44,358 bases of DNA from Kiritimatiellia bacterium (GTDB lineage Bacteria > Verrucomicrobiota > Kiritimatiellia > RFP12 > UBA3636): positions 1 through 44,358 of the forward strand of contig JAFPBK010000010.1 in NCBI GenBank assembly GCA_017424105.1. Reading direction: 5' to 3'. Positions 36,490 through 44,234 of the stretch are shown here, one piece after another. Below the pieces are notes generated by a model. It saw only the letters and a program-made list of their open reading frames with translations, had not been told where the DNA came from and made no database searches. The translations under genes were made by a program, and so were the position numbers. Each line of letters starts with the position of its first letter. The stretch's first letter is position 1.

Positions 36490-37377
36490 CTAAGCAGATG
36501 TAACTAGGCGAACGCACTTGTCAGCCTGAACAAGCTCGCAGCCCATAAGCACCTCAAGAGTAGCAAAGTTGTGGCCCTTAGCAGGTGCACCATGACGACG
36601 CATGCCTAGAACTAGACCAGAATTCTCGTCAACCATCTCGCCAATCTCTTCGTAGTTGGCCTTGCTGTTAACAGGAACTTTGCGAGAAGCAACAACGATT
36701 GCTGTCTCTGGGATTATTGCACCAATAGTGCCAGTTGGAAGCTGAGTGCCTTCCATTACAGACTTAAAGCCATACAAGCCATCAATCTTGCCATTCTTGA
36801 TTGCTTCAGCACCGCCATAGACATTAGAGTCTAGCAAAGCTAGAAGGTCTGCAAACTGGTTTGGAGCAAGCAATAGAACAGAATCAGCTGGATCAGCACC
36901 AACCTCTGCACACTTCTTACGAAGCTTTGCAATGTTTGCCTTGTTTACTGTGCCTAGAGAATATGTTGCAGAGATTGCTTCTGCTGTAATCTTCTGAGTA
37001 ACAAACTTCTCAATGCCACGAGCAAGCACCTTACCAGCAATCTTACCTGCATCTGCCCAGATGCCTGTAGTGTTGAACTTAGTAGCCTCCTCATCAGTGA
37101 AGGAGAATGTATGCTTCAAGTGTGTGTCAAACTTGATTGTTACCTGCTCCATAGTGCCATCTGTTGTCTCGTAGTCATTTGTGTCTACATTGAAAACAGA
37201 TGCTTCACCGCCCTTGAATACCTTAACGACCAATGCGTCGCCAATAGAGTTAACTGTCTCATCAGAGAAGTTGGTAGTGAATGCAGAAACACGAGCTAGA
37301 GCACGCTGTGCTCCGATGATTGCTTTACCTGCTGCATAAGAAATGCCAGGAATTTCGGCGATAGATGTGTCAGCCAT
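36490..37377 (-). CDS. Major capsid protein.
   Basis: 295-aa ORF directly after the protease/scaffold gene. The call rests on position and size. Confidence 0.6.
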   Translation of the reverse strand: MADTSIAEIPGISYAAGKAIIGAQRALARVSAFTTNFSDETVNSIGDALVVKVFKGGEASVFNVDTNDYETTDGTMEQVTIKFDTHLKHTFSFTDEEATKFNTTGIWADAGKIAGKVLARGIEKFVTQKITAEAISATYSLGTVNKANIAKLRKKCAEVGADPADSVLLLAPNQFADLLALLDSNVYGGAEAIKNGKIDGLYGFKSVMEGTQLPTGTIGAIIPETAIVVASRKVPVNSKANYEEIGEMVDENSGLVLGMRRHGAPAKGHNFATLEVLMGCELVQADKCVRLVTSA

Positions 37378-37403
37378 ATCTTTTATCCTTTTGTTGTTTT
37401 AGT

Positions 37404-38315
37404 TTAGTGATTGAATGCTGCAGGGTTCTTTTCCATCTCAGCAACAATTGCATGAGCACCCTTGCCAGCGAGTGAATTTTTAATAGACATTACAGGCTTC
37501 TTAGCTGCAGCTGCATTGCATACTGGCTTAGCAGGCTCTGTAATTACTGGCTTAGCAGGAGCGGCGTTAACAACCGCTTTCTTGCAGTTAGCCAAAATAG
37601 CACGAGCAAGTGTTGGGTTAGCACGAAAAGCGTTCTTTAGCTCTTCACGATCCTCGACCATGTCCTCGTTCTCTGCAGCGAATGCTTCTGCTTCAGCCTC
37701 TGCCTCTTTTGCTTCAAAATCGGCAATGCGAGTCTGTAGCTCAGTCACTCCTGCAATAACATCCTCCTCAGTTGCCTCTGGAGCAAGACCGAGAAGTTCA
37801 ATTAGCTTAGTTAGCATAATTTTATTTTCCTCTTTGGCATTGTTGTTGTTAACTACCGTTTTCTGCGAGTTGCCAATCGCTCGCACTGGTAGGTTCGGAC
37901 GGTTTGTTAGTGCAACGGAGACGAGCCTTGTAGGACATCCATCGTTGTCAATAATCCAAACTGGTGAAACGTAGCGATATTCGCCATTGCTGACAAGCTT
38001 CGCTCCGTCCTCTGTAAATTCCATCTTGCCTCTGAGACCGACGCCTTCTTCATGAGCAAGCTGAGTAATCCAAGCCATAGCCTTAGTGCTGCCACCTTCC
38101 TCAGAGGTGTGGTCGCAATCAACAAGTACAGGATTGTCAAAGGCTGCCATCATATTCTCAATGGTTTTGACTGATACATCCTGGATAACTTTATTGCCTT
38201 CATCATCCCATTGAGGCCATTTCCCAATCGGAGCAAGGTGAATCCATAGTTCACTGCCTGCCTCCACGTTTTTGGGAAGGTTTAACTCAATATTTTTTGT
38301 TTTTCGTAAATTCAT
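37404..38315 (-). CDS. Mu gpI-type head maturation protease with a C-terminal scaffold region.
   Basis: The N-terminal half (WIHLAPIGKW...VDCDHTSEEGG...YRYVSPVW) resembles the Mu-like prophage I protein. The C-terminal half is Ala/Glu-rich coiled coil (EAKEAEAEAEAF). Confidence 0.65.
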   Translation of the reverse strand: MNLRKTKNIELNLPKNVEAGSELWIHLAPIGKWPQWDDEGNKVIQDVSVKTIENMMAAFDNPVLVDCDHTSEEGGSTKAMAWITQLAHEEGVGLRGKMEFTEDGAKLVSNGEYRYVSPVWIIDNDGCPTRLVSVALTNRPNLPVRAIGNSQKTVVNNNNAKEENKIMLTKLIELLGLAPEATEEDVIAGVTELQTRIADFEAKEAEAEAEAFAAENEDMVEDREELKNAFRANPTLARAILANCKKAVVNAAPAKPVITEPAKPVCNAAAAKKPVMSIKNSLAGKGAHAIVAEMEKNPAAFNH

Positions 38316-38535
38316 AGTTAATTTTTTGTTGACAAGTTGTTAATAAAAGTGGTACTTTGGTGTCGTTTTGAGAGCAACAGAGGTAGGACTACACAACTGA
38401 AAGCCCCTCAAGTAGATATGGTTGGGAAGTAGCGGACTGAATCTGCGGAGACAGCGTGAAATGTCTTAAGAACACCCCATGGCGCAACCCGCGAGGACTT
38501 GCTGTTTAACAGCAGGGTAGAAAATTTGCTCATAT

Positions 38536-40611
38536 TCACCTCTCTGAATTATACAAGGCGGTCTTCTTTCTGTAGAAGGCTGCCTGTTTTTCTTCCATCA
38601 AATAAGCAGAAATCACAGTAAGGTATTTGTCTTTACGTCCTAAAATTACAGCCTTATTGGAGTTTTTATCTAAAACAACTATGTTGCTATTCGTTGTGTC
38701 ATAATATTTTCCGTAAGCAAGAACCTTTGCTATGTTGTTATCTTGTAACATAATCTCGTGGTCAGTTCCTTGGTCCGTAATGTCTTGGCTTGAGTGTTTA
38801 ATTTTGTTTTTTTCATCCTCAATACGTTTTAATATGTGCTTATAGCCATAATTTTCATTGCCTTGGTCAAATTCGATATGTCCAAAAATCCAATTATCCA
38901 TAAAGTTTTTAGAATCTTTGCCTGCAAAGACATTTTCTAGTTCTGCTATTGCGTGGACTTCCTGTTTTTTGCGATATTCTATCTTTTCTTGTTTTGTTGT
39001 TGGTTTGCATCTGCAAGTCTCGGCAGACTTGGCTTTGCAATCGTTGTCGCCAAAGCTATTCTTCACACTCTTTTCGCCAAGAGTGTCAGCGACCTCATGT
39101 GCGATGTCTGCTTCAATCTCTGCAGCAAGACCATCTGCTTTAAAGCCTAATTCCTCTGGAGAAGCTTCAGCCATTGCCTTAGCTTTAGCTAAAAACTCCT
39201 CATCATCTGCTGCCAATAAGTCTTGAAGTGACTTGGCTGTTCCCTGCATATCTCGAGAGAAGCCCAAAATCGCGCTCTGGAGCGTTTTTTCACTATTGGC
39301 GAGTATTTTATCGTCTTGTTTCGGAAAATCGTTTTGCAACGGGTTCGCAACGGCTTCTCGCGTGTCTTCTTGAGAGTTCATCATCCCAAAACCACCCATT
39401 GCGGCATCTTTCTCCAGAATAAAGCCAGTTCTCTCCTCAAGTTGTCCCTTTTCGACTACGTATCCAGCAGTCTTTGCTTTAGCTGCTAAGTCAAAGACAT
39501 CTCCAGCAGATTGTTCCTCTTCATGTCCAAGCTCAAACTTAACTGCTACAGGCTTGCCAGGAAAGTGTAATCTCAAGAATGGAACAACAAGTGCTCTGTG
39601 GATAGCATCGCCAATAATCTCTGCATCACGTGCAACAATCTGCTGCCAAACATCCATCTGAGCGTTTCCTGCCAATGTACCAGCACCGCTTTCTGCCAAG
39701 CTAGTTAATGTGCCACCAGTTGCTAGAAGTACAATAAGCTTCTCTTGATGTTCAATAAATGCTGAAAATGGATCCGTTCCTCGTGCCTCAGTGCCATAGC
39801 TAACTTGCGAGCCTGCTGGCAAAGCACCTGAACGAGCTTCAGCAATAGCCACCGCTGCCTCCTGAAAAGCCTGGACCTCAGCAGGTGAAATGTTGTCTGG
39901 CATAGTGATAGTACAAGGAGGAATGCCATATCGCTCCAAGAATCGTCCCCAATCGCTCTCAGCTAGGTTGTGCCTTAGGAATATTGATAGTGCAGGATAG
40001 TCAATCGCTCTAGGACGCTCAACAGTTATAAGCTCGCATTTAGGTATTGCTGGCAAATCCCATGGCTCAAGAACTGAATCTGCTCCCTCATTCCAATGCC
40101 ATGTGCCTGTTTCGACATTGCGACAAAAATTCCAGCTATTTAGCTTGTCAATGTGGGCGACATAACCCTCCGCAGTCCATACAGGCAAACAATGGCTAAA
40201 GCCTCGGAAGAAAGCAAGCGATAAGTGCTCAATGGCTTCTGATAGGTTGTCAATCCCATCAATGAATCTCTCTACTGCGTTAATCTGTGCTTCTGCTGCT
40301 GCATCATTATGTCCGCGGCCCTTAACAATCTGCCAACCTAGAGAAGCTAGAGCAGATGCTCTACGCTCTACGCACGTAAGCAGCACAGGGTCAGCTCTCT
40401 CCACTTGGTCGTATAGATACTGCAAGCGTGCATAGTTACCTCTGCGTGCTGCATCATAGATGTTGCGTGCCTCAGTGATTGTGAGGCTTCGTAATGGGTT
40501 GGTATTCTCAAGCCAGGAATGCGAGCTAGTCTTTTTAGGTTGATTAACTCGTATAGTAGCAATCTGCTTATTTTGTACTTTGACAGTTCCTTTAGTAGTC
40601 TTAGTTGCCAT
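38536..40611 (-). CDS. Portal protein (DUF935 / Mu gp29-like) with an extra C-terminal domain of about 170 aa.
   Basis: Directly downstream of the large terminase. YDQVERADPVLLTCVERRASALASLGWQIV is a DUF935-style segment. 691 aa versus about 510 aa typical. The last 500 nt or so are AT-rich. Confidence 0.75.
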   Translation of the reverse strand: MATKTTKGTVKVQNKQIATIRVNQPKKTSSHSWLENTNPLRSLTITEARNIYDAARRGNYARLQYLYDQVERADPVLLTCVERRASALASLGWQIVKGRGHNDAAAEAQINAVERFIDGIDNLSEAIEHLSLAFFRGFSHCLPVWTAEGYVAHIDKLNSWNFCRNVETGTWHWNEGADSVLEPWDLPAIPKCELITVERPRAIDYPALSIFLRHNLAESDWGRFLERYGIPPCTITMPDNISPAEVQAFQEAAVAIAEARSGALPAGSQVSYGTEARGTDPFSAFIEHQEKLIVLLATGGTLTSLAESGAGTLAGNAQMDVWQQIVARDAEIIGDAIHRALVVPFLRLHFPGKPVAVKFELGHEEEQSAGDVFDLAAKAKTAGYVVEKGQLEERTGFILEKDAAMGGFGMMNSQEDTREAVANPLQNDFPKQDDKILANSEKTLQSAILGFSRDMQGTAKSLQDLLAADDEEFLAKAKAMAEASPEELGFKADGLAAEIEADIAHEVADTLGEKSVKNSFGDNDCKAKSAETCRCKPTTKQEKIEYRKKQEVHAIAELENVFAGKDSKNFMDNWIFGHIEFDQGNENYGYKHILKRIEDEKNKIKHSSQDITDQGTDHEIMLQDNNIAKVLAYGKYYDTTNSNIVVLDKNSNKAVILGRKDKYLTVISAYLMEEKQAAFYRKKTALYNSER

Positions 40612-40615
40612 TGTT

Positions 40616-41920
40616 TTACCTGCTTCTTCTAAAATAGTTCGTGTTCCGTTTTAACACAAACGGAGTGAAATAGTATCCTTTAGTCTCTGCTGCCTTGATG
40701 GCTAGAGCTAATGATGCACCTCGGTCGCTATGTCCATCTGCTGAACGTGGTGCAGAATAGCTTATGTTGCCACCTACACTTACAAGCTTCTGAATTGCGT
40801 GTAAGTCTTCCCTTAGATTGCGATCATTATTGGGTATCTGAATAGTACGCTCCTCGAACCTCTTACGCATTGCAGAATACATCTCGCCTTTTGCCTTATG
40901 CGAGAAATTGACCGCTTCAATTCTGCCACCATGACGCCTTTTTGCCTCTTCAGCAAACATCATGCCTAAGCCTGTGGCATCAATGCAGCACTTCTGCACG
41001 CCCTTTGCAGAGAGAATTCCAGACAAGACTTCCAGCTGTTCGTTGAATGGCATCTTGTGTAGCTCCTCCTTCTGAACTAGCACAAGCTTGTCTCCATGCT
41101 TTGCCAATACGGAGATTACCGACAAGTCATGGCTGCGACCAATATCCATTCCTACAAATTTAGGTGCATCTGTCTCTGCTACGCATATAGCAGACTCACA
41201 AGCTGCAATCATATCATAAGGAAGCAATACTCCAGATGAATCGATAAATTCACACATGTATTCCTGGAGCCAGATGTCAGAATCATCCACGCCAGCTCGT
41301 AGCTCTTCAACATTGACCTTTAAGCCTTGCTCAACCGCATCAAGAATCGTAAGCTTGTGCTTACTGTAGTTCTCATTCTTGCCCCAGAGGTCTGCGAACT
41401 TATTACCAAGTCCCTTTGGAGTGGACACAATGCGAAGCTTTTTTTCGCCGTTGATAGGATTGGTAATAGATGGGTAGATCGCCGCCCAAATGTCCCAAGG
41501 ACGTTCGTGGATTGCAAACTCGTCAAGGATAAGATTAGCAGAATAACCACGTGCTGTGTCTGGGTTCGCAGGGATTGCCACTATGCGGCTGCCATTATTG
41601 AATCTAATTTCTGCCTTGCTTTTCATAGCGTCAGAACTATGCAGTGTTTCCTCGTAGGCGTCTACCACAAGCTGGAATGCCTCGCTCCACATCTTAGCTT
41701 TCTGCATCCACTCCAACGCCTGGCGTTCACCAGCAGACAATACCACCCAAAGCTGCCCTGGCCTCAATAGACAGTCACGGACAGCCTCGCAAGCAGTGCT
41801 GAAGCTCTTACCAGTCTGGCGAGACCACATGCCAATCTTGAATCTGGCATCGTCTGCGACCCACTTCCTCTGGTAAGGTAGTAGCACTTTATTAAGTATT
41901 GGTTCGTTGGATTTAAACAT
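40616..41920 (-). CDS. Terminase large subunit.
   Basis: Walker A-like MWSRQTGKSFS, Walker B LILDEF, and a C-terminal RNase H-like nuclease region with Asp residues (VGMDIG, CIDATG). Confidence 0.8.
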   Translation of the reverse strand: MFKSNEPILNKVLLPYQRKWVADDARFKIGMWSRQTGKSFSTACEAVRDCLLRPGQLWVVLSAGERQALEWMQKAKMWSEAFQLVVDAYEETLHSSDAMKSKAEIRFNNGSRIVAIPANPDTARGYSANLILDEFAIHERPWDIWAAIYPSITNPINGEKKLRIVSTPKGLGNKFADLWGKNENYSKHKLTILDAVEQGLKVNVEELRAGVDDSDIWLQEYMCEFIDSSGVLLPYDMIAACESAICVAETDAPKFVGMDIGRSHDLSVISVLAKHGDKLVLVQKEELHKMPFNEQLEVLSGILSAKGVQKCCIDATGLGMMFAEEAKRRHGGRIEAVNFSHKAKGEMYSAMRKRFEERTIQIPNNDRNLREDLHAIQKLVSVGGNISYSAPRSADGHSDRGASLALAIKAAETKGYYFTPFVLKRNTNYFRRSR

Positions 41921-41984
41921 TGTTTGGGAAAAGGTGGCTGCTGCGGGAACAGCAGCCTAGTATTTAACAGGAGTTACTAATGTA

Positions 41985-42563
41985 TTAGGTAATATGGAAA
42001 ATCTGCTTTAGGCGTGCTTCACGCTCCTCAGGAGTAATCTCTGCATCTTTAAGTGTCGCACACGCCTCACGCTCCCTTGCCTCCTGAGCCTCAAACTTCT
42101 CTCGGTTAAGTTTGAGCAATTCTCTATCAAGCTCAAGCTTCTCTTTCTTGAGCTCAAGCTCTTCATTCTTGGCAAGTCTTTCAGCAAGCTTAATAGCCAT
42201 TTGGCAGTACTTGCTTGCACTATCAACATCGCCCTTTAGAGCTAAATCTTGAGCCAATGTTTGGTATGCGTCAATCAAAGTCTTATCGTTAGTAACTGCT
42301 GAAACAAGAGCATTTGCCTCTTCACGTGCCACCAACGCACTCTCTAATCGGTGTGCGCTTTCGCATTGTCTCATACTCTTGCACCAACGAAAGAATGCGC
42401 TCTTGCTTGGAGTATCTCCAATTTGAGGATACTCCTGCATCATCCACGCCACAACACTGGCCCAGTGTTGTTTTCTCGTTCTCTCGTAAATCTGCCAACG
42501 CTCCTGCTCGGTTAGGCAGTTATCCCATCGGTCAATGCGAGGTTTAATTATTCGCTCTAACAT
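41985..42563 (-). CDS. Terminase small subunit candidate (DUF3486 / Mu gp27-like).
   Basis: Position upstream of the large terminase. An N-terminal HTH-like region is followed by a long coiled coil. Confidence 0.45.
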   Translation of the reverse strand: MLERIIKPRIDRWDNCLTEQERWQIYERTRKQHWASVVAWMMQEYPQIGDTPSKSAFFRWCKSMRQCESAHRLESALVAREEANALVSAVTNDKTLIDAYQTLAQDLALKGDVDSASKYCQMAIKLAERLAKNEELELKKEKLELDRELLKLNREKFEAQEAREREACATLKDAEITPEEREARLKQIFHIT

Positions 42564-42810
42564 GGTGTTTTGAGATCTCCCTGCCTAGTTGAGTTAAACT
42601 ATATGTTGGTTCATTGAAAAGAAGGTCATGCGACTTAAACACGAGCGACTGCTCAATCATAGATTCCATCGTCTGCATAAAGTCTGTTGTAGTAATTGGT
42701 GTAGCCACCGCAATCTCCACCTCAGAACGTAGAGTTGTTTCGCGAAGCGGTGTACCGTCCAATCGCAATAAAATCTTAATAATTGCTATTCGTAAAGCCT
42801 GGTTAATCAT
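42544..42810 (-). CDS. Hypothetical small protein.
   Basis: The ATG at 42810 overlaps the upstream stop (ATGATTAA). The track start 42864 lies inside the upstream gene. Confidence 0.45.
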   Translation of the reverse strand: MINQALRIAIIKILLRLDGTPLRETTLRSEVEIAVATPITTTDFMQTMESMIEQSLVFKSHDLLFNEPTYSLTQLGREISKHHVRANN

Positions 42811-43171
42811 GTTTAGCCCTATGGTTGTGTAAGTGGTCTTTAAGTAGTTCGTTTGTCGCTGCAAGCTTCTCTGAAACAGGGTCTATTCTGCGGTGTAAGT
42901 GCACTGCACGTTCCTCTGCCTTAGCGTCCGAAACCTGCATCATCTCTATAAGCTTGTCAATCCGTGGTCTAAGCTCATCAATACGAGAGTGCACCGCCTT
43001 TCGGTGTGCCTTACACTCGTCACAAGTAACGTAATTCGGTTGTTGCTTAACCTCAAGCGGCTGTGGCTCAATCTTTGTCTTTGAATATCGTGCTTTAATC
43101 CAACTGCCAATAAGGGTAGCCACTGCACCGATAGCTGAGCCTGACACTATTAAACTAATACCATCATCCAT
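42803..43171 (-). CDS. Hypothetical membrane-anchored coiled-coil protein.
   Basis: N-terminal TM LIVSGSAIGAVATLIGSWI. CDECKAH plus a helical C-terminus. Confidence 0.45.
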   Translation of the reverse strand: MDDGISLIVSGSAIGAVATLIGSWIKARYSKTKIEPQPLEVKQQPNYVTCDECKAHRKAVHSRIDELRPRIDKLIEMMQVSDAKAEERAVHLHRRIDPVSEKLAATNELLKDHLHNHRAKHD

Positions 43172-43556
43172 TGCTGCAACCCTTCTTTCTCTCTCGGTAG
43201 AGTTTCTTTTGAATTGGTGCGTTTATTCTGCATGGTGGAGTTTCTGCACGCAATCTCGCTGCCTCTGCGCTGTAACCGATTGACACTAGAATTTTCTCAA
43301 TTTCTGCATCTGGCACATCAGGGATAGGCATGTGTGGATTCCGCCAAGCTAACTCGCTCAATTGCTCTGAATTACCACCAAGAGCATCTGCGAAATCCCA
43401 TAGGACAATCCCAGCTACGCGTTGAGCGAGGTTCGCTCGCGTACCGCAGAACTTCCAAATGCGATTGATCCACACGTCCTCGGTGCGCTTTAACAATGTA
43501 GGATTCGTGCGAGTTTTGAGCACAGCAGCGGATGATGTTTGTTTTTTACGATTCAT
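43164..43556 (-). CDS. First late-operon protein, function unknown.
   Basis: The ORF starts immediately after a terminator T-tract. No recognisable motif. Confidence 0.45.
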   Translation of the reverse strand: MNRKKQTSSAAVLKTRTNPTLLKRTEDVWINRIWKFCGTRANLAQRVAGIVLWDFADALGGNSEQLSELAWRNPHMPIPDVPDAEIEKILVSIGYSAEAARLRAETPPCRINAPIQKKLYRERKKGCSNG

Positions 43557-43557
43557 G

Positions 43558-43593
43558 AAAAAGAAAAAGGAGCCTGAGACTCGCTCAGGCTCC
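43558..43593 (-). terminator. Rho-independent terminator abutting the late operon.
   Basis: On the - strand: GGAGCCTGAG-CGAGT-CTCAGGCTCC followed by TTTTTCTTTTTC, then the ATG of 43556. Confidence 0.75.
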
Positions 43594-43812
43594 GTAACAA
43601 TTTAACAAAATTTAATAGGAGTAGAGATAATGAAGTCTCCATTTGCTTCCTAGATTAGCACATTTGCTAAAAAACAAAATAAAGCAATAAAGAGACTGAA
43701 TACTTTTGTTACATTTTTTTCATTTTCAAGGTTTAATATTCTTGCAAAATCTCACGTGAGATTTTTAACGAGTGTTGATTTGCAAGGGTTTATATGTGTG
43801 AGATTGGTGTTT

Positions 43813-43826
43813 AAGCAACTAGTTGC
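43813..43826. promoter_or_regulatory. Operator-like palindrome, copy 1 (AAGCAACTAGTTGC).
   Basis: Perfect 12-bp palindrome GCAACTAGTTGC, 4 nt past the repressor stop. The identical 14-mer occurs at 44185-44198. Confidence 0.55.
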
Positions 43827-43829
43827 CTA

Positions 43830-44123
43830 TTATTCATCAGGTGGGAGTAGTAAATGACGTTTAATTAGTTTAATGTCTAATTCCATGTCATCTAGTCGCT
43901 GTAGGATTGTTTGTAATGTTTTTTTATCATCACTTATATCATTACTTTCTATATGTGGTAAGCCATTCTTTATAATGTTGTCTAACTGTGCACTTACTTT
44001 GTCTGTAATTGGTTTAGCACCAGAGTTTAACATATAGATGTAGTTACTGCTTACTCCAAGACATTTAGCCAGTTCTAATTTAGTGATTCCATACGTCTGT
44101 ATTATTTTATCTATTCTTTTCAT
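43830..44123 (-). CDS. XRE/CI-type phage repressor.
   Basis: HTH YGITKLELAKCLGVSSNYIYMLNSGAKPI. Divergent from a Cro-like gene. TATAAT lies 6 nt before the ATG, which implies a near-leaderless transcript. Confidence 0.7.
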   Translation of the reverse strand: MKRIDKIIQTYGITKLELAKCLGVSSNYIYMLNSGAKPITDKVSAQLDNIIKNGLPHIESNDISDDKKTLQTILQRLDDMELDIKLIKRHLLLPPDE

Positions 44124-44143
44124 AAATTTATTATAATTTATTA

Positions 44144-44177
44144 TTGACTTGTTATGATTAGTTATGATAACTTATCA
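44144..44177 (+). promoter_or_regulatory. Early rightward promoter with overlapping operator repeats.
   Basis: TTGACT (44144-49), an 18-nt spacer, then TGaTAACTT. GTTATGAT occurs twice at 10-bp phasing (44151, 44161). The palindrome TGATAAcTTATCA is at 44165-44177. Confidence 0.45.
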
Positions 44178-44184
44178 GCAAATA

Positions 44185-44198
44185 AAGCAACTAGTTGC
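44185..44198. promoter_or_regulatory. Operator-like palindrome, copy 2 (AAGCAACTAGTTGC).
   Basis: Identical 14-mer to 43813-43826, located between the early promoter and the Cro-like ATG. Confidence 0.55.
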
Positions 44199-44234
44199 TA
44201 TTGGTAATAATAACAAATTCAGGAGAAAAAGTAA

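Noticed and set aside
37462-37974. 170-aa + strand ORF antisense to the protease/scaffold gene.
   Set aside because: It is a low-complexity Ala/Ser-rich mirror of the Ala/Glu scaffold region, with no SD, and it is embedded in a well-supported - strand gene. The same reasoning applies to 41327-41770, 38858-39226, 27136-27486 and 30145-30492.
43746-43765. The 20-bp perfect palindrome as a transcription terminator.
   Set aside because: It is AT-rich with no loop, so the effective stem is only about 7 bp. It is more consistent with a dimeric protein-binding site.
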